DNA of 64,000 nt, from the NCBI GenBank assembly GCA_029856045.1, contig JAHQWG010000028.1, forward strand, positions 192,001-256,000, in the 5' to 3' direction. The position numbers and the translations under genes are program-made. Positions 9,901 to 19,875 of the stretch are shown here, piece by piece. The notes under the pieces are model-generated. The model did no database searches and was not told the DNA's origin. It saw only the letters and a list, made by a program, of their open reading frames with translations. Each line of letters starts with the position of its first letter. Within the stretch, counting starts at the first letter, position 1. The stretch comes from Promethearchaeia archaeon. Lineage in GTDB: Archaea; Asgardarchaeota; Lokiarchaeia; Sigyniarchaeales; SOKP01.

Positions 9901-11034
9901 CTAAAGAGGAAGATGTTTTAAAGCGTCTTCCGCCCTTTTAGTTTTCATTCGGCTAAAACTAATTATTTTTGCAAGCATTTTTGATTTTTCTACGGATGTA
10001 TTGAGTTCTGGTGGCTCTTCAATATATCCTTTATCTATTGCAAGTTTATATATTTTTTCACCTAGATCTGTGCGAATTATCGAAGTAGTAAAACCATCTT
10101 TGGAACCTAAGCCACCGAATGATATATCTGAATAGAAATTAGAAAAATTCTCACACACTGAACACGCGTGGCGCATAATATCATGAAGTTCAGAAAATTC
10201 AATGTATAATGGCTGGTCTTTCCCTTTAAGATAAATGATCAAATAGTCTTTTATATTCATTTTTTCAATATCATTAAAGGAAAAATCAAACCGTTCTTCC
10301 ATTTTTTTTCTTGCTGTCTCATCAAATTTAAAATTTTCATAGCAAAATAAACCAAGAGTGTATTTTATAATATGAGCGGGTAAGATGCTTAACTCTTGCA
10401 TCTTTCTGATTGAGTGGATCTGGCATGGTACTCCTACTACAGCAATATTCATAAGATCTCTATCAAGAACATATCTTAATTTAGATATTGTAGGAACAAA
10501 AGTATTATATTGTCCTAACCCGGAAATATGTCCCGATATATCAAATTTCGTTCCTGCAGCTTCTATTAATTCTTCTTTTGTTGTTGCAAGGAATGGTTCT
10601 CTCTGAAATGGATTTATCCTTTTTGAAACAAGAGCACCGTCAATTAAATTATTTTCCAACATCGCAATAAGAATGGATGTCACAACTCCTCCATCGGTTC
10701 CTGCTTTTTGGATTTCTAGATTCGTAGCCTTACCCGAAACAATTTTAAGCCAATTTCCTATTGGGAGTTTAAACTTGTATCTCTCGTTTAATTCCTTATT
10801 TAACTCATGAATCTCCGGACAAATCAGATAACAAATACCACAATGTAGGCAATTATCTTTGTCGATATATTGTGGAGGACCATCCTCACTCATTTTAATT
10901 GCACCTAAATCAGCAGCAGAACAAAAACTGACGCAACCTCCACACTCCCCGCAAATACCTTTATCATGAACCTCTTTTATAAGGTCTTCAAAAGATTTTG
11001 GAACAACTTCCTTTGAATTTTGATTTTCATTCAT
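9901..11034 (-). CDS. F420-binding FrhB/FdhB-family subunit with N-terminal 2x[4Fe-4S]
   Basis: CGECGGCVSFC and CLHCGICYLICP; DGGVVTSIL; VVGVPCQI; GLFCYENF; C..C..F....SDISFG. Confidence 0.88.
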   Translation of the reverse strand: MNENQNSKEVVPKSFEDLIKEVHDKGICGECGGCVSFCSAADLGAIKMSEDGPPQYIDKDNCLHCGICYLICPEIHELNKELNERYKFKLPIGNWLKIVSGKATNLEIQKAGTDGGVVTSILIAMLENNLIDGALVSKRINPFQREPFLATTKEELIEAAGTKFDISGHISGLGQYNTFVPTISKLRYVLDRDLMNIAVVGVPCQIHSIRKMQELSILPAHIIKYTLGLFCYENFKFDETARKKMEERFDFSFNDIEKMNIKDYLIIYLKGKDQPLYIEFSELHDIMRHACSVCENFSNFYSDISFGGLGSKDGFTTSIIRTDLGEKIYKLAIDKGYIEEPPELNTSVEKSKMLAKIISFSRMKTKRAEDALKHLPL

Positions 11035-11055
11035 AATTCATTTCATCTTTTTTTT

Positions 11056-11901
11056 TTAATATTCTTTTGGTAATTTATTTAATTCTGCTTGGGAAAATAC
11101 AGGTCCATCTAAACAAACAAATTTATTCCCCACGTTACATCTTCCGCATTTACCTATCCCGCACTTCATTCTCATCTCTAAAGATAATAATATTTGCTCA
11201 TCAGAGAATTTTAACTCTTTTAAAACATCTTGTGTAGTTTTTATCATAATAGGTGGACCACAAACAATTGCAACGGCATTTTCTGGGGATGGTGATACTT
11301 CTTTAACGATAGGCGCAACAAAACCAACTTTTCTCGTCCAACCTTCTTGTTCCCTATCTATAGTTAAAACGACATTTACATCATCCCTTTTTTCCCATTC
11401 TTCTAAAACATCTCTGTATAAAACCTCGCCAGACTCTCGATTTCCATAAATAACGGTTATATCACCATAATTTTTCCTGTTATCTTCGTGTGATGCAAAT
11501 ATAGTTAGGGATCTTAATGTGGAAAATGCAAACCCACCTCCAATAATTACTAAATTTTTTCCCTTCATTTCTTCAACGGGCCAGCCATTTCCTAGGGGAC
11601 CTCTTATTCCGACGATATCTCCTACTTCTAAATTATGAAGTGCTGTTGTAACCTCGCCTGCTTTTTTTACTGTAAATTTTATCGAACCTTTTTCTGTGGG
11701 AGATGAAGCTATTCCTACAGGGCATTCTCCTACTCCAATGACACTTACTTCTGCAAACTGACCAGCAACATAATCGAATTTTTTATAGTCCTCTTCGTTA
11801 TTGAAAACAAATTCAAATGTCTTTATATCATTAACTTCGTTTTCTCTAACGATTGACTTTATTGTGGTCAATACTGGTATATACGGACTTTCTAATTGCA
11901 T
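11056..11901 (-). CDS. FAD/NAD-binding [2Fe-2S] subunit (FlxA/AsrB/HydG-like)
   Basis: GQFAEV, IRGPLGNGW, IIGGG, VCGPPIM, MKCGIGKCGRC...CLDGPVF. Confidence 0.9.
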   Translation of the reverse strand: MQLESPYIPVLTTIKSIVRENEVNDIKTFEFVFNNEEDYKKFDYVAGQFAEVSVIGVGECPVGIASSPTEKGSIKFTVKKAGEVTTALHNLEVGDIVGIRGPLGNGWPVEEMKGKNLVIIGGGFAFSTLRSLTIFASHEDNRKNYGDITVIYGNRESGEVLYRDVLEEWEKRDDVNVVLTIDREQEGWTRKVGFVAPIVKEVSPSPENAVAIVCGPPIMIKTTQDVLKELKFSDEQILLSLEMRMKCGIGKCGRCNVGNKFVCLDGPVFSQAELNKLPKEY

Positions 11902-11950
11902 TTTTAAACCATCTTTTTCTCTATCTTGTAACTTGAATTAAGTTTTTTAT

Positions 11951-12991
11951 TTATCCCTCCGTTTTAGAGGAACTATTTTCAACAGACATGAATATATTTC
12001 TAATATCACTACCCACAGGACAGTTAATGATACATCTCCCACATCCAACACACCCAATTATATTGTAGTTTTTCGGATAATAGTTAAATTTATGATAAAT
12101 TCTCTGTCTTACTCTTGGTAGTTTAGTTGTTCTCGGATTATGTCCAGAAGTCTCGAGTGTGAATAAAGGAAATTGGCAAGTATCCCATATTCTGATCCTT
12201 CTTCCGGATCCATCTTGCTTATTTTCATCGAGTACATCAAAACAGTGACATGTAGGACATAGGTAGGTACAAGCTCCGCAACCTAGACATCCTTGAGCAT
12301 CCAATTGCCACATTGGGTTGTCAAATAAACCATCTAATTTGGTATGAATACTATCTAAACCTTTAATAACGGGAATTGCACTTTCGATATCCTTTTGTAA
12401 TTTTTCTATTTTTGCTAAATCTCCCTTGTCCGCATCTGTTAGCGATTTAATTTTTTTAATTAATGCCTCTCCTTTATCGGTACTTGACTCAAGATAATAA
12501 TTATCTTTAAATTCTGTAATTAGGACATCTACGGATTCTTTATTGAAAGGACCTCCATTAACTGAAGTGCAGAAGCATGTAGTTCTTGGTTCCAAGCAAC
12601 CCATTCCGATTAAAGTTATATTTTCTAATCGATTCAAGATAAGTGGGTCTTTATATTTCCCAAATGAGAAAAAAATTTTAAATAATGAAAAACCCATGGA
12701 ATCACACGGTCTTATTCCAAGTATTACTGTCTTCTCGTATGGTGGGTTTTCTATAATCTTTACTCCTTTTTCCTCCTTTTTATAGGAAAAAAGAGTGTCA
12801 ATCATGGGAAAAAGCACGCTTTTTGCAGGAATTTTCGAATTTGAATAATCTAAACAAATTTCTTTTGCATCAGTAATCTCCTTAAACAATACTACACCTT
12901 CTTCTTTAACTGGACCAAATACTTTGAACTCTTTCTGTAATTCTTTTATTAGATCAGATATTTTTTCTTTTGATATCATTTTTTGCACCAT
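11951..12991 (-). CDS. 4Fe-4S dicluster subunit (FlxB/AsrA/HydB-like)
   Basis: GIRPCD, CFCTS, CLGCGACTYLCPTCHCFD, RQRIYHKF, CVGCGRCIINCP. Confidence 0.88.
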   Translation of the reverse strand: MVQKMISKEKISDLIKELQKEFKVFGPVKEEGVVLFKEITDAKEICLDYSNSKIPAKSVLFPMIDTLFSYKKEEKGVKIIENPPYEKTVILGIRPCDSMGFSLFKIFFSFGKYKDPLILNRLENITLIGMGCLEPRTTCFCTSVNGGPFNKESVDVLITEFKDNYYLESSTDKGEALIKKIKSLTDADKGDLAKIEKLQKDIESAIPVIKGLDSIHTKLDGLFDNPMWQLDAQGCLGCGACTYLCPTCHCFDVLDENKQDGSGRRIRIWDTCQFPLFTLETSGHNPRTTKLPRVRQRIYHKFNYYPKNYNIIGCVGCGRCIINCPVGSDIRNIFMSVENSSSKTEG

Positions 12992-13005
12992 TTCTTTACC
13001 TCCAT

Positions 13006-13983
13006 TTAATCCTCTTCTATCATAAATTCCTGTTTATCGTCAAATTTATGAGTACCCATAGGTGGAAGGACTTCTAAACTTATTCCACTTTCGAAATCAA
13101 ACCTCTCCTTAACAATTTTTTCTAACTTTCTCGTAATAAAATTCAAGTCTATACCCATGGGGCAGACGCTACTACACGCTCCACAAGAAACGCATCTTCC
13201 AGCAACATGAAAGGCGCGAATCATATGGAAAATGAAATTATCGGAAATATCTGCGGTTTTTCCAAACCAAACTGGTTTGTTCTGATCAATAAAACATAAG
13301 GTACAATAACACATAGGGCATGCTTCTCTGCACGCATAACATCTAATGCATCTGTTTAATTCTTTTTTAAAGTATTCTATTTTATCTTTGGAACTCTTCG
13401 ACTCGATCTCATTTAAATCCTTGAAATCATCTTTTAGTGGTTTTTCGGGTTTTTTATTCCCAAGAATTATGTCAGAAATTGGTGGGATTTTATAGTGGCA
13501 AGTTATACATAGTTGATTAATATAATCTTGTAACGGAAGTGTTTTATTGAAGTCTTTTCCCTTAATAATAATCTTATCATCTTCAATATCGGCTTCAATT
13601 ATTTCTTTATCTCCTATTTCAACCATGATTTTTGCTCTATTTAAAACACCTTCGCATGGAATTCCAATAATTGTGATATTTTCTCTATTTAGCTGTTTTT
13701 CTACTATTAAATGAACAATAGCGCGTCCTACGCACCCTTTTGAAATTATCCCAATCTTTCTATCATCGTTCTTCGCTAGATACTTTGCGAGATTTAAATC
13801 ACAACTTTGGTTCCAAACTAGCATATCTGTTTTGCTTGCATCAGTAATAAAACATGGTCCAGAGCGAAGTGGAATAGATCCTTTCGTGTATCCAATAATC
13901 AGATCAACTTTTCCTTCTTCTAATAATTTCTTTGCAGTTTCTCTAATGGATTTTTCTATGTCGTCTATTATTTTTCTCACCAT
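13006..13983 (-). CDS. 4Fe-4S subunit (FlxC/FdhB-like)
   Basis: CIRCYACREACPMCYC, FHMIRAFHVAGRCVSCGACSSVCP. Confidence 0.85.
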   Translation of the reverse strand: MVRKIIDDIEKSIRETAKKLLEEGKVDLIIGYTKGSIPLRSGPCFITDASKTDMLVWNQSCDLNLAKYLAKNDDRKIGIISKGCVGRAIVHLIVEKQLNRENITIIGIPCEGVLNRAKIMVEIGDKEIIEADIEDDKIIIKGKDFNKTLPLQDYINQLCITCHYKIPPISDIILGNKKPEKPLKDDFKDLNEIESKSSKDKIEYFKKELNRCIRCYACREACPMCYCTLCFIDQNKPVWFGKTADISDNFIFHMIRAFHVAGRCVSCGACSSVCPMGIDLNFITRKLEKIVKERFDFESGISLEVLPPMGTHKFDDKQEFMIEED

Positions 13984-14423
13984 TCTTTATTAAATATTTT
14001 ATTTGGACCTACTGATTTTACATTTTCAACAGTTTTTCGTACAACCTTTGCAAATCTTTCTCCTTCAGCAGCAGAGACCCAAGTAAAATTGAGTCTTTCA
14101 GGTTCAATTCCCAAAAATATCATCAAATCTCTTAAAATCGCAAACCTTCTTCTTGCAACATAATTGCCAGAGATATAGTGACAATCACCAGGATGACATC
14201 CTGAGACAAGAATACCGTCCCAACCATAAGCTAGGCTTTTTACTATGAAGAATGGGTTAATTCGACCTGTACAAGGCACGCGAACAACTCGAATGTTTGG
14301 GGGATATTGAATTCGACTAACTCCCGCTAAATCAGCACCTGCATACGAGCACCAATTACATAAAAACGCAATTATTTTAGGTTTCCACTCCTCTGTTAAA
14401 TTTTCTTTACTTTCATCAGTCAT
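13977..14423 (-). CDS. mvhD: Hydrogenase delta / [2Fe-2S] subunit (MvhD/FlxD)
   Basis: FLCNWCSYAGADLAG, VPCTGR, GCHPGDCHY, WVSAAEG. Confidence 0.93.
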   Translation of the reverse strand: MTDESKENLTEEWKPKIIAFLCNWCSYAGADLAGVSRIQYPPNIRVVRVPCTGRINPFFIVKSLAYGWDGILVSGCHPGDCHYISGNYVARRRFAILRDLMIFLGIEPERLNFTWVSAAEGERFAKVVRKTVENVKSVGPNKIFNKEW

Positions 14424-14426
14424 TTT

Positions 14427-17400
14427 TTATTCCCTCCCCATTATCATAGCAAATATTTGTTCACCTGTAAATCCTAATATATCGATTGCGGAGCATCTGC
14501 AATTCCCAGAACACGCTCCACAACCTTTACATAAAGCTTCATTAATAACTGCAATTGTACCAAATCGACGATCTTCTTGAAGCTCAATTGCGTTATAAGC
14601 ACAATTAAGAACACACAAACCACAACCAGAGCACCTAGTTGGGTCAATTCGAGCAATTTTTCCTTCGGCTTCAATTTTATCTTTTGATAATATTGTACAT
14701 GCTCTTGAAACAGTTGCTTTAGCTTGAGAAATACAATCTTCTATCGGTTTTGGTGCGTGAGCTAAACCTGCTACAAAAACTCCTTCGGTAGCAAAATCAA
14801 CAGGTCTTAACTTAACATGAGCCTCTAAAAAGAAATTATCATCATTCAATGGTACCTTTAATTGCATTGCTAACTCTTCATTTTCATCTCTTGAAGAGAC
14901 AATACCTACACTTAATGCCAATAAGTCTGCTTTAATCGAAATATCGCCAATATCTGGTTTTTTAACAATAATATCCAAATTTCCATTCGCTATCTTTACT
15001 TCAGGTTCTTGATTCTCATTGAATTGAATAAATAAAACTCCCATTTGACGGGCTTTTTGATAATACTTCTCTTTAAAACCATAAGTTCTAATATCTCTAA
15101 ATAAAATGGTAATGTTAATTTCTGGGTTCAATTCTTTTATTTTTAATGCATTCTTAATTGCTTCAGCACAACACATTTTACTACAATAAGGATGTTCTTC
15201 ATTTCTTGAACCTACACATTGAATCATTACAATTGATTTAACATCTTTAAGTTCATTTGGACTTTTATAGATTTTTTCCTCTAATTCTGATTGTCTTATT
15301 ATTCTTGGATCTTTACCATATTGATATTCAGTTGGTATATATTCATTCGAACCTGTGGCAACAATAACCACGCCATGATCAAATTCCGCTGGAATTTTTG
15401 ATTCACCATGTGTTATTGTGGTATGAAAGTTGCCAACATATCCATCAATTGCTTCAATATGGGTATTTGTATATAAATTAAGATTCTTTTGGCTCTTTAT
15501 TTTCGTGATTAAATCATCTAGATATTCTTGCACATTCCCTCCTTCAAGTGTACTATAGATTTTCCGAGAAATACCTCCTAATTCGTTTTTCTTTTCGATT
15601 AGATAAGTTTCATAACCTTGTTTAGCAAAATCTAATGCAGCAACCATACCTGTGATTCCGCCTCCAATTACTAAGGCTTTTTTTATAACATCTAAGGTCA
15701 TTCTTTCCAACGGAAAAATTTTTCTTGCTTTATTAACTGCCATTCTAACTAAATCTTTTGCTTTTTCAGTTGCATTTTCTGGCTCGTGCATATGAACCCA
15801 AGAGCACTGATCTCTAATATTTGTCATTTGAAAAAGGTATCTGTTTAATCCAGCTTCTCTAATTGTTTCTTGAAATAATGATTCATGGGTTCTAGGAGTA
15901 CAGGATGCAACAATAACGCGATTAAGATTATGCTCCTTTATCTTTTCTTTAATAATTGTCTGAGTATCAGCTGAGCAAGTATATAAATTTCTATCTGCCA
16001 TAACTACATTAGGAAGTTTACCTGCATATTCTGTAACAGCAGGAACATCCACATACCCACCAATATTAATACCACAATGGCAAACAAATACACCTATTCT
16101 TGGAGGCTGTCCTCTTACGTCAATTTCATCTGGGAGTTCCTTTTTTGTAATTAAGGTATTTTTTACATCAGATAATAATACATTAACTGCTCCTGCAGCA
16201 GCACTTGCCTGAGTAACAGTTTCAGGAATGTCCTTTGGTCCTTGAAAAGCTCCACATACATATATTCCTGGTCTTGATGATTCTATTGGGTTAAATGAAT
16301 TAGTTTCACAAAAATTATATTCATTTAATTTAATATTAAATGCCTCAGCAATCTTTTTCGCATCTTTAGGGGGATTTAATCCTACAGATAAAACTAACAT
16401 ATTAAAGATTTCTTCAACAACTTCGCCATTCTCAGTCTCATATCTAATTTTTAGATCTTTGGATTCTGGAATCTCTGAAATTGAAGATATTCTACTTCTT
16501 ATATATCTAACGCCATATTCATGTTTCGCCCTTTCTATATATTTATCAAAATCTTTACCATATGCCCGAATATCCATATAAAAAATTGTTGGGTTGATTA
16601 CATCAAAATGTTCCTTAGCAATTACTGCTTCTTTTGCAGTATACATACAACAAACTGAAGAACAATATGGTTGCCCTCTTTTTAGATCTCTCGAACCAAC
16701 ACATTGAAGAAATGCAATTTTTTCTGGAATATCTCCGTCAGATAAACGTAAAACTTTTCCTGCAAATGGTCCACTTGCACTTAAAATACGTTCAAATTCG
16801 ATACTGGTTATTACATTTTTATATTTTCCATAACCATATTCCTTTATTGATTCTGGTTCAAATTCATCAAAACCTGGTGCTAAAATGATGGCTCCTATAT
16901 TAATCTCCATTTCTTTATCTTCTTGATCATATTCTACTGCTCCTGCTTTACAGACACCTTCACAAACTCCACAACCAATACATTTTGCAAGATCTATTGA
17001 AAAAACCAGGGGAACTGCTTGGGGATATTTAACAGAAGTTGCTTTGCATTTAGCTAATCCTTCATTAAACACATCTATAGCTTCTATAGGGCATTTTAAT
17101 GCACATACTCCACATCCAGTACATTTTTCTTCATTGATATATAATGCCCTTTTTAATAATTTTACAATAAAATTACCAGCTTCTCCACTAACTTCTTTAA
17201 TATCTGCATTAATAATCAATTCAATATTATGATGTCTTCCAGTTTCAACCAATTTGGGTGAAACAATACACATAGCACAGTCATTTGTTGGAAATGTTTT
17301 ATCCAATTGAGCCATTACGCCACCAATACTTGTGGTAGATTCTACTAAATAAACTTTATAACCAGATTCACCTAAATCTAAAGATGCTTGACTTCCACCT

Positions 17401-17441
17401 ATACCTGCTCCAATAACTAACACAGATCCAATTTTATCCAT
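14427..17441 (-). CDS. hdrA: Heterodisulfide reductase subunit A, long form with two FAD modules
   Basis: GGVMAQLDKTFPTNDCAMC, QCVGSRD..CSSVCC, second module GVFVCHCG/ASCTPRTHE/QCVGSRN, EAHVKLRPVDF, terminal ferredoxin domain. Confidence 0.93.
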   Translation of the reverse strand: MDKIGSVLVIGAGIGGSQASLDLGESGYKVYLVESTTSIGGVMAQLDKTFPTNDCAMCIVSPKLVETGRHHNIELIINADIKEVSGEAGNFIVKLLKRALYINEEKCTGCGVCALKCPIEAIDVFNEGLAKCKATSVKYPQAVPLVFSIDLAKCIGCGVCEGVCKAGAVEYDQEDKEMEINIGAIILAPGFDEFEPESIKEYGYGKYKNVITSIEFERILSASGPFAGKVLRLSDGDIPEKIAFLQCVGSRDLKRGQPYCSSVCCMYTAKEAVIAKEHFDVINPTIFYMDIRAYGKDFDKYIERAKHEYGVRYIRSRISSISEIPESKDLKIRYETENGEVVEEIFNMLVLSVGLNPPKDAKKIAEAFNIKLNEYNFCETNSFNPIESSRPGIYVCGAFQGPKDIPETVTQASAAAGAVNVLLSDVKNTLITKKELPDEIDVRGQPPRIGVFVCHCGINIGGYVDVPAVTEYAGKLPNVVMADRNLYTCSADTQTIIKEKIKEHNLNRVIVASCTPRTHESLFQETIREAGLNRYLFQMTNIRDQCSWVHMHEPENATEKAKDLVRMAVNKARKIFPLERMTLDVIKKALVIGGGITGMVAALDFAKQGYETYLIEKKNELGGISRKIYSTLEGGNVQEYLDDLITKIKSQKNLNLYTNTHIEAIDGYVGNFHTTITHGESKIPAEFDHGVVIVATGSNEYIPTEYQYGKDPRIIRQSELEEKIYKSPNELKDVKSIVMIQCVGSRNEEHPYCSKMCCAEAIKNALKIKELNPEINITILFRDIRTYGFKEKYYQKARQMGVLFIQFNENQEPEVKIANGNLDIIVKKPDIGDISIKADLLALSVGIVSSRDENEELAMQLKVPLNDDNFFLEAHVKLRPVDFATEGVFVAGLAHAPKPIEDCISQAKATVSRACTILSKDKIEAEGKIARIDPTRCSGCGLCVLNCAYNAIELQEDRRFGTIAVINEALCKGCGACSGNCRCSAIDILGFTGEQIFAMIMGRE

Positions 17442-18214
17442 TATAAAGCCTCCTTTAATGCATGATAGTAAGGGGTAATCCCATCTATTCTATTAAAATC
17501 GATAAGATTTTTTGCCTTTAATGAAACAACATGTTCTAAAATTAAACTTGATTCGATATTCAATGATTTTGATAAATCTTTTACTGAAAGTGGTTCTTTT
17601 TCAAGTTTTATTAATATTTTATTACGTAAAAATTCTGAATTGAGAGCATCATCTATTTTTTTTTCATATTCTTCAAATTCAATGATTTCTTCATAAACAT
17701 TTCCAAATTCTGTAATAGTTCGTTCCCTTCCAACTAAAGTACGTAATCTATTATCAGATAAAGTTCTTTTTATTGCTTCTAAATCTTCTTTTAATTTTTG
17801 ATTAGGTTTTGAACCACTAAATGGAGAAGCTCCTTCATTTTTAATTTGTTCTGTAAAGTTCGTTACCACTTGACCAAATCTTACACCTTCAGAAGCTGAA
17901 ACCCACTCAAGACGAAATCTACCAGAAAGACCAATTAGTTGCAATGCTTTAGAAAGCAAGTCTAATTTCATTTTTTCTTCATAATTTCCATCTATATAAT
18001 GGCAGTCTCCAGGATGACACCCCATTACAATAACTCCATCTAGCCCAGTGGCCAATGCTTCAACCACAAATACAGGATCAACTCTTCCACTACACATTAC
18101 CCTAATAACCCTAATATTAGTTGGATATTGGACTCTACTTACGCCTGCAAGATCTGCCCCAGCGTATGAGCACCAATTGCATAAAAACCCTAATATTTTA
18201 GGTTCAAAACTCAT
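17441..18214 (-). CDS. mvhD: MvhD-like [2Fe-2S] subunit with C-terminal winged-HTH-like extension
   Basis: FLCNWCSYAGAD, VMCSGR, GCHPGDCHY; tail PLSVKDLSKSLNIESSLILEHVVSLKAKNLI is HTH-like. Confidence 0.85.
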   Translation of the reverse strand: MSFEPKILGFLCNWCSYAGADLAGVSRVQYPTNIRVIRVMCSGRVDPVFVVEALATGLDGVIVMGCHPGDCHYIDGNYEEKMKLDLLSKALQLIGLSGRFRLEWVSASEGVRFGQVVTNFTEQIKNEGASPFSGSKPNQKLKEDLEAIKRTLSDNRLRTLVGRERTITEFGNVYEEIIEFEEYEKKIDDALNSEFLRNKILIKLEKEPLSVKDLSKSLNIESSLILEHVVSLKAKNLIDFNRIDGITPYYHALKEAL

Positions 18215-18217
18215 TTT

Positions 18218-19873
18218 TCATTTACCTCCTGAAGCTAAAATTTGAGCTAAAATTTGTTTTGTAGTGAAATGGTGATTAGTAATTGCCTTTTCAGGACAAG
18301 TAGCCCCACAAAGACCACACCCTTTACAACTTGCTTCTGTAACATGAGCTATTCCATTTTCATCCTTAGAGATTGCATTATATGGACAAATTTTGATACA
18401 AATTCCACAACCTATACATAAATCCTCATCTACCTCAGCGATAGCACCTTCGACCTCTAAAACATTCTTTGATATAATAGTACTTGCTCTAGATGCTGCT
18501 GCATAAGCTTGAGAAATAGTATCGGGAATATCTTTTGGCCAATGAGCAGAGCCACAAACATATATTCCATCTGTAGCAAAATCTACGGGACGTAACTTTA
18601 CATGAGCTTCTAAAAAAAAGTGATTTTCTTCTAATGGGACCTTTAACATTTTTGCTAAATTTTCTGAGTCTGGGTTTGCAATTAAAGGAGTGGATAATAC
18701 AACCATATCATATGGTATGCTAATATCCTGATTCAAATAATCATTATATACTTCAATATTGCTTTCTTTAACAATTGGAAGTTTTTCCGGTATATATTTA
18801 ATAAAAGTAATCCCTTTTTCTCTTGCTTTTCTATAATATTCTTCATAAGTAGTTCCTTGAGTTTGAATATCTCGAAATAAAATGGTTATATTGGCATCTG
18901 GTTTAAGTTCTTTAATTAACATAGCATTTTTTAATGCGGTCATACAACAAATATTCGAGCAATATCGTCTTTCCTCATTTCTTGCCCCAACACATTGAAT
19001 CATTGCAATATTTTTAACATTTATTTTATTTTCTTTTAATAATTGTTCTAATTCTAATTGAGTAATAATATTTGAACCATTATATCCAAAGAGTCCTTCT
19101 GGTTTAAGAACTTGGGCTCCAGTAGCCACAATAATAATACCTGTATTTATATCATAAATTTCGTCTCTTCTTTTTACTGAAACTTTATAATTTCCAATAA
19201 ATCCTTCAATTTTTACTGGTTCAGTAGAAGTTAATACCTTAATTTTTTGATGATTTTCAACCAAATTCCTTATTTCTAATACCTTTGATGCATTATCATG
19301 GGTTGGATACAATTTGTAGAGGTATCTTAGCAAACCGCCTAATTCTTGCTCTTTTTCAATTAAAATTACCCTAAATTCTTGATTTGCTAAATTAAGGGCT
19401 GCAGTCATTCCAGCAATACCACCTCCAATAATTAAAGCAGTTGGATTTATATCTATCGTAAATTTTTCTAATGGCTGCAATAATGATGCTTTAGCTACTC
19501 CCATACTAAGCAAAATCTTTGCTTTTTCAGTTGCTGCTTCCGTCTCTTTCATGTGAACCCAACTGCATTGATCTCGGATATTAACCATTTCAAATAGGTA
19601 AGGATTTAAACCAGCTTCTTGACAAGTACTTCTAAATAATGGTTCATGAGTGCGAGGAGTACAAGAGGCAACTATTACGCGATTTAAATCATGTTCTTTT
19701 ATTTTTTCTTTAATTACAGATAAACCAACTTCTGAACAAGTATAAAGATTATCTGTGGCAAAAGTTACATTTGGTAAGGTTTTTGTATATTCCACTAAAC
19801 TTAGAACGTCCAAAAACCCTCCTATATTTGTTCCACAATGACAAATAAAAACACCAATTCTTATATCTTCCAT
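18218..19873 (-). CDS. hdrA: HdrA-family protein, equivalent to the C-terminal module of the long HdrA
   Basis: GVFICHCG, ASCTPRTHEPLF, NIRDQCSWVH, GGGIAG, QCVGARN..CSNICC, EAHVKLRPVDF, terminal 2x[4Fe-4S]. Confidence 0.9.
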   Translation of the reverse strand: MEDIRIGVFICHCGTNIGGFLDVLSLVEYTKTLPNVTFATDNLYTCSEVGLSVIKEKIKEHDLNRVIVASCTPRTHEPLFRSTCQEAGLNPYLFEMVNIRDQCSWVHMKETEAATEKAKILLSMGVAKASLLQPLEKFTIDINPTALIIGGGIAGMTAALNLANQEFRVILIEKEQELGGLLRYLYKLYPTHDNASKVLEIRNLVENHQKIKVLTSTEPVKIEGFIGNYKVSVKRRDEIYDINTGIIIVATGAQVLKPEGLFGYNGSNIITQLELEQLLKENKINVKNIAMIQCVGARNEERRYCSNICCMTALKNAMLIKELKPDANITILFRDIQTQGTTYEEYYRKAREKGITFIKYIPEKLPIVKESNIEVYNDYLNQDISIPYDMVVLSTPLIANPDSENLAKMLKVPLEENHFFLEAHVKLRPVDFATDGIYVCGSAHWPKDIPDTISQAYAAASRASTIISKNVLEVEGAIAEVDEDLCIGCGICIKICPYNAISKDENGIAHVTEASCKGCGLCGATCPEKAITNHHFTTKQILAQILASGGK

Positions 19874-19875
19874 TT

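Noticed and set aside
7912-11034. Functional link between lpdA and the Hdr operon (lipoate-coupled Hdr)
   Set aside because: The genes are convergent, 500 bp apart, and no lipoyl-carrier gene is present in the window
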